DNA of 64,000 nucleotides from an uncultured Planctomycetota bacterium (GTDB taxonomy: Bacteria > Planctomycetota > Planctomycetia > Isosphaerales > Isosphaeraceae). The stretch covers positions 928,001 to 992,000 of the forward strand of contig CAWGMQ010000008.1 of assembly GCA_963823665.1 (NCBI GenBank). Reading direction: 5' to 3'. Positions 61,600 through 64,000 of this stretch are shown in pieces. Within the stretch, counting starts at the first letter, position 1. Each line of letters starts with the position of its first letter. The notes under the pieces are model-generated. The model did no database searches, was not told the DNA's origin, and saw only the letters and a list, made by a program, of their open reading frames with translations. The position numbers were made by a program, and so were the translations under genes.

Positions 61600-63270
61600 T
61601 CAAGGCTGGCCAATCGCCCGGTTCAGCCGAAATTGGGCGCGGTTGTAGGTCAAGACCGAGTCGAGATAATCGGTGCGGGCCGTGACGAGCGCCTGGATGG
61701 GTTGAAGAACCTCGATCGGGCGCGTCGCCCGCGGCAGCTCGGCGCCGTGGCGGATGTTGATCATGTTGAGCTTGAGCGACTCGATCGCCTCGACCACCGT
61801 CTGGCGAGCCTCTTTGATCTGCCGCACGGCCGCCTGCTTGGTCTCGTAAGCCGAGACGACGTCCGCCGCCACCTGGGCCTCCACCTTGAGCTTCTGGATG
61901 TTCGCCTCCTGGTTCTCGAACTTTCGGCGGTGAATGATCGCGGCATCGCCGAAGCCAAGGTTTTGCAGTTCCCAGAACAGGCTGGCCATGACATCGCCGC
62001 GGGCACCGAAATCTCCGAAAAACGAGCCCTGGCCGCCGCCGAATCCACCGCCGGCGTAGCTCACCGCCAGGCTCGGAATAAATGGACGCAGCTTTGCCTG
62101 CTTGAATCGCGCCACCGATGCCTCAACCAGCTCGCGGGCTCCGGCCAGCTCGGGTCGTTGACGCAGGCCTCTGATAATCAGATCATCGAGCGGCACGTCG
62201 TCCGGAATCAGCGTGATGATGGCCTCGGCCGGCTCGATCGGCGCGACTACCGACTGAGGATTGAGCACCAAAAGCCGTATCAGGTTGGCCGAGGCAACCA
62301 GTAACTGGCCGGTATACAACTCAGTGTCCTTACGCCTGTGCTTTAGCTCCGTGAGCGCCCGCCGGTGGTCGGCTTCCAGACCTTCCCCGGTGCGGGCGTA
62401 CGAGCCCGTGATGTCCGAAAGCTCCTTGGCGTTGTTCACAGCCTCCCGATTGATCGCGACGAGCCCGCAGGCTTGCTGGAGATCGAAGTACGCCTCGGCG
62501 ACTTTCAGGATCGCATCGTTGTTCGCTGCGTGCACTCCTGCCTGGCCCGCATTCACGACCCGCTGCGCCGCGATCGGCATGTAGATGGCATCCGAGAATC
62601 GGAACACCGCGCTCGAGCCGTTGAGCGGCGCATAGCCCGTTCCGGGCGAAGCCGCCGCGAAGCCGGGTGCGGTCGTCGCCGCCACTCCGCCAAGGAACAG
62701 CGAGTTACGATTCACGTTTTCAACCTGACCGGTCACCTCCTGGACCTGCCCGTCAGCGCGATACCACGTCGGACCGAGAAAAAGACTGGGCAGCCATTGC
62801 GCCCAGGCGAAGTGCAGGTCGGCGATCGATTGGTTCACCCGCCGGCGGGCGATCGCGATATCGAGCTCGCGCGCACCAGCGAGCCGAAGCGCATTGGCCA
62901 GGTCGATCGGCTCGACCGATCGCCCCGGAATCAGCGATGCGTCCAGCACGGCCGCGACCGTGGCCCCTGTCGGGCTCGAACTTTCGGCTTCCGCGGTTCG
63001 CGGAATCGCCTCCACTGCGGGCACGCCCTGGGAAGAACGAGGCTGCATGGACGGTGAGGCCACCGGCATCGCCGCTGCGCTCGCGGCTGCTGAATCGGGT
63101 GCAATTGCGCCCGCGGGGCGCCGGCGATCGCCGAAAATGGCCGCGGTGGTGGGATCGACGTCCCACTCGATCGCGGCACAACAGTCGTCTGAGCCCAGAC
63201 CGTATCCGCTGGCGCAAAAGCGAGCACGAGCGCTGTCGCCAATCCGGCTCGAACGCAACAAGTCACCCAT
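61600..63270 (-). CDS. TolC-family outer membrane efflux protein; N-terminus probably frameshifted
   Basis: IDLANALRLA, VAEAYFDL, QRPEL, YNRAQFRL. A signal peptide (ALVLAFAPADTVWAQ) lies in an adjacent frame. Confidence 0.88.
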   Translation of the reverse strand: MGDLLRSSRIGDSARARFCASGYGLGSDDCCAAIEWDVDPTTAAIFGDRRRPAGAIAPDSAAASAAAMPVASPSMQPRSSQGVPAVEAIPRTAEAESSSPTGATVAAVLDASLIPGRSVEPIDLANALRLAGARELDIAIARRRVNQSIADLHFAWAQWLPSLFLGPTWYRADGQVQEVTGQVENVNRNSLFLGGVAATTAPGFAAASPGTGYAPLNGSSAVFRFSDAIYMPIAAQRVVNAGQAGVHAANNDAILKVAEAYFDLQQACGLVAINREAVNNAKELSDITGSYARTGEGLEADHRRALTELKHRRKDTELYTGQLLVASANLIRLLVLNPQSVVAPIEPAEAIITLIPDDVPLDDLIIRGLRQRPELAGARELVEASVARFKQAKLRPFIPSLAVSYAGGGFGGGQGSFFGDFGARGDVMASLFWELQNLGFGDAAIIHRRKFENQEANIQKLKVEAQVAADVVSAYETKQAAVRQIKEARQTVVEAIESLKLNMINIRHGAELPRATRPIEVLQPIQALVTARTDYLDSVLTYNRAQFRLNRAIGQP

Positions 63271-63634
63271 TCACTCCTGGTTTGACCGGACCGCGGGCCC
63301 TGCACCGCAAGCCAACCTTCCCGCGAACCCCGCTGTAGCGACGCCGAAACGATCGCCCAATCCTTTTTTTCGTCACAAAACGGTGAGTTTCTGTGCCTTC
63401 CGCTCCATAAATTCGTCTTCACTTTCCCCAATGCCATCAGTATTAAGGTTTTATGAAGATTGCGTGAATATTGACTGAAGGCTGATCTCTGCGAGAATGA
63501 GGTAACGCACCATTCAGGTGGCAAACGAGCTGCAGCCGCTCGACATCATCCCGATGGACCGCACGCCGTAACATTAAGATTCGTTGAGCGTTGCAATCCA
63601 CAGTTGGCCGCGTGCCAGCCAGGAGTGTCCTCAT

Positions 63635-64000
63635 TTGTCAAATCGCAGACGGCGGCTTGGTTACGGGATCTTCGCCATGTGCGCGGCGGTCGCAGCGCTG
63701 GGTGTTGCCGTATTCTTGACGCGCGGCAGGACAGCCGCGCGTGCAGCCAACGTGGCTGCCGAATCAATCCCGCGCGTCGAGCTCGTCAGGCCTTCCGCGG
63801 GCGGCATGCGGCGAACAACCGTTCAGCCCGGCACGGTCATCGGCTTTGAGTCGGTCGACCTTTACGCAATGGTCTCCGGGTACTTGAAGACCCAGTCCGT
63901 CGACATCGGTTCGCGAATCCGCAAGGGCGACGTGCTGGCGGTCATCGACGCTCCGCGCGAGGCCAAGGCGTTCGAAGAAGCCGCCGCGCTCGTGGCGGAG
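63635..64000 (+). CDS. RND efflux periplasmic adaptor subunit (partial)
   Basis: Hand translation: TM helix, then QPGTVIGFESVDLYAMVSGYLKTQSVDIGSRIRKGDVLAVIDAP. Confidence 0.88.
   Translation, partial: MSNRRRRLGYGIFAMCAAVAALGVAVFLTRGRTAARAANVAAESIPRVELVRPSAGGMRRTTVQPGTVIGFESVDLYAMVSGYLKTQSVDIGSRIRKGDVLAVIDAPREAKAFEEAAALVAE

Overview
GC-rich bacterial chromosomal DNA, very probably from a planctomycete of the Isosphaera/Singulisphaera type. The evidence is a DUF1559 prepilin-like gene, five ECF sigma factors, three Hanks-type Ser/Thr kinases, ASPIC/UnbV and FG-GAP proteins and a PEP-CTERM protein. Housekeeping or metabolic genes include serS, mgtE, an M20 dipeptidase, a RutE-like nitroreductase, a GH29 fucosidase, an SDR, CbiX and a TolC/RND pair. 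At least a dozen short frameshifts break otherwise intact genes, mostly in short G/C runs, so the sequence looks like an unpolished long-read assembly and many 'pseudogenes' are probably intact. I found no rRNA, tRNA, CRISPR array, integrase or transposase. The most interesting candidates are: (i) a tandem triplet of membrane-anchored ECF sigma factors whose C-termini resemble secretin N-domain, DUF11 and SPOR-like modules; (ii) a kinase-Zn-ribbon-TM-solute-binding fusion; (iii) an MBL-TPR-FG-GAP-ASPIC fusion; (iv) a translationally coupled sulfotransferase plus two alkaline-phosphatase-superfamily genes; (v) several small two-gene modules (papain-like protease + partner, small protein + retropepsin, small protein + nucleotidyltransferase). 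All family calls come from motif recognition by eye, with no database search.
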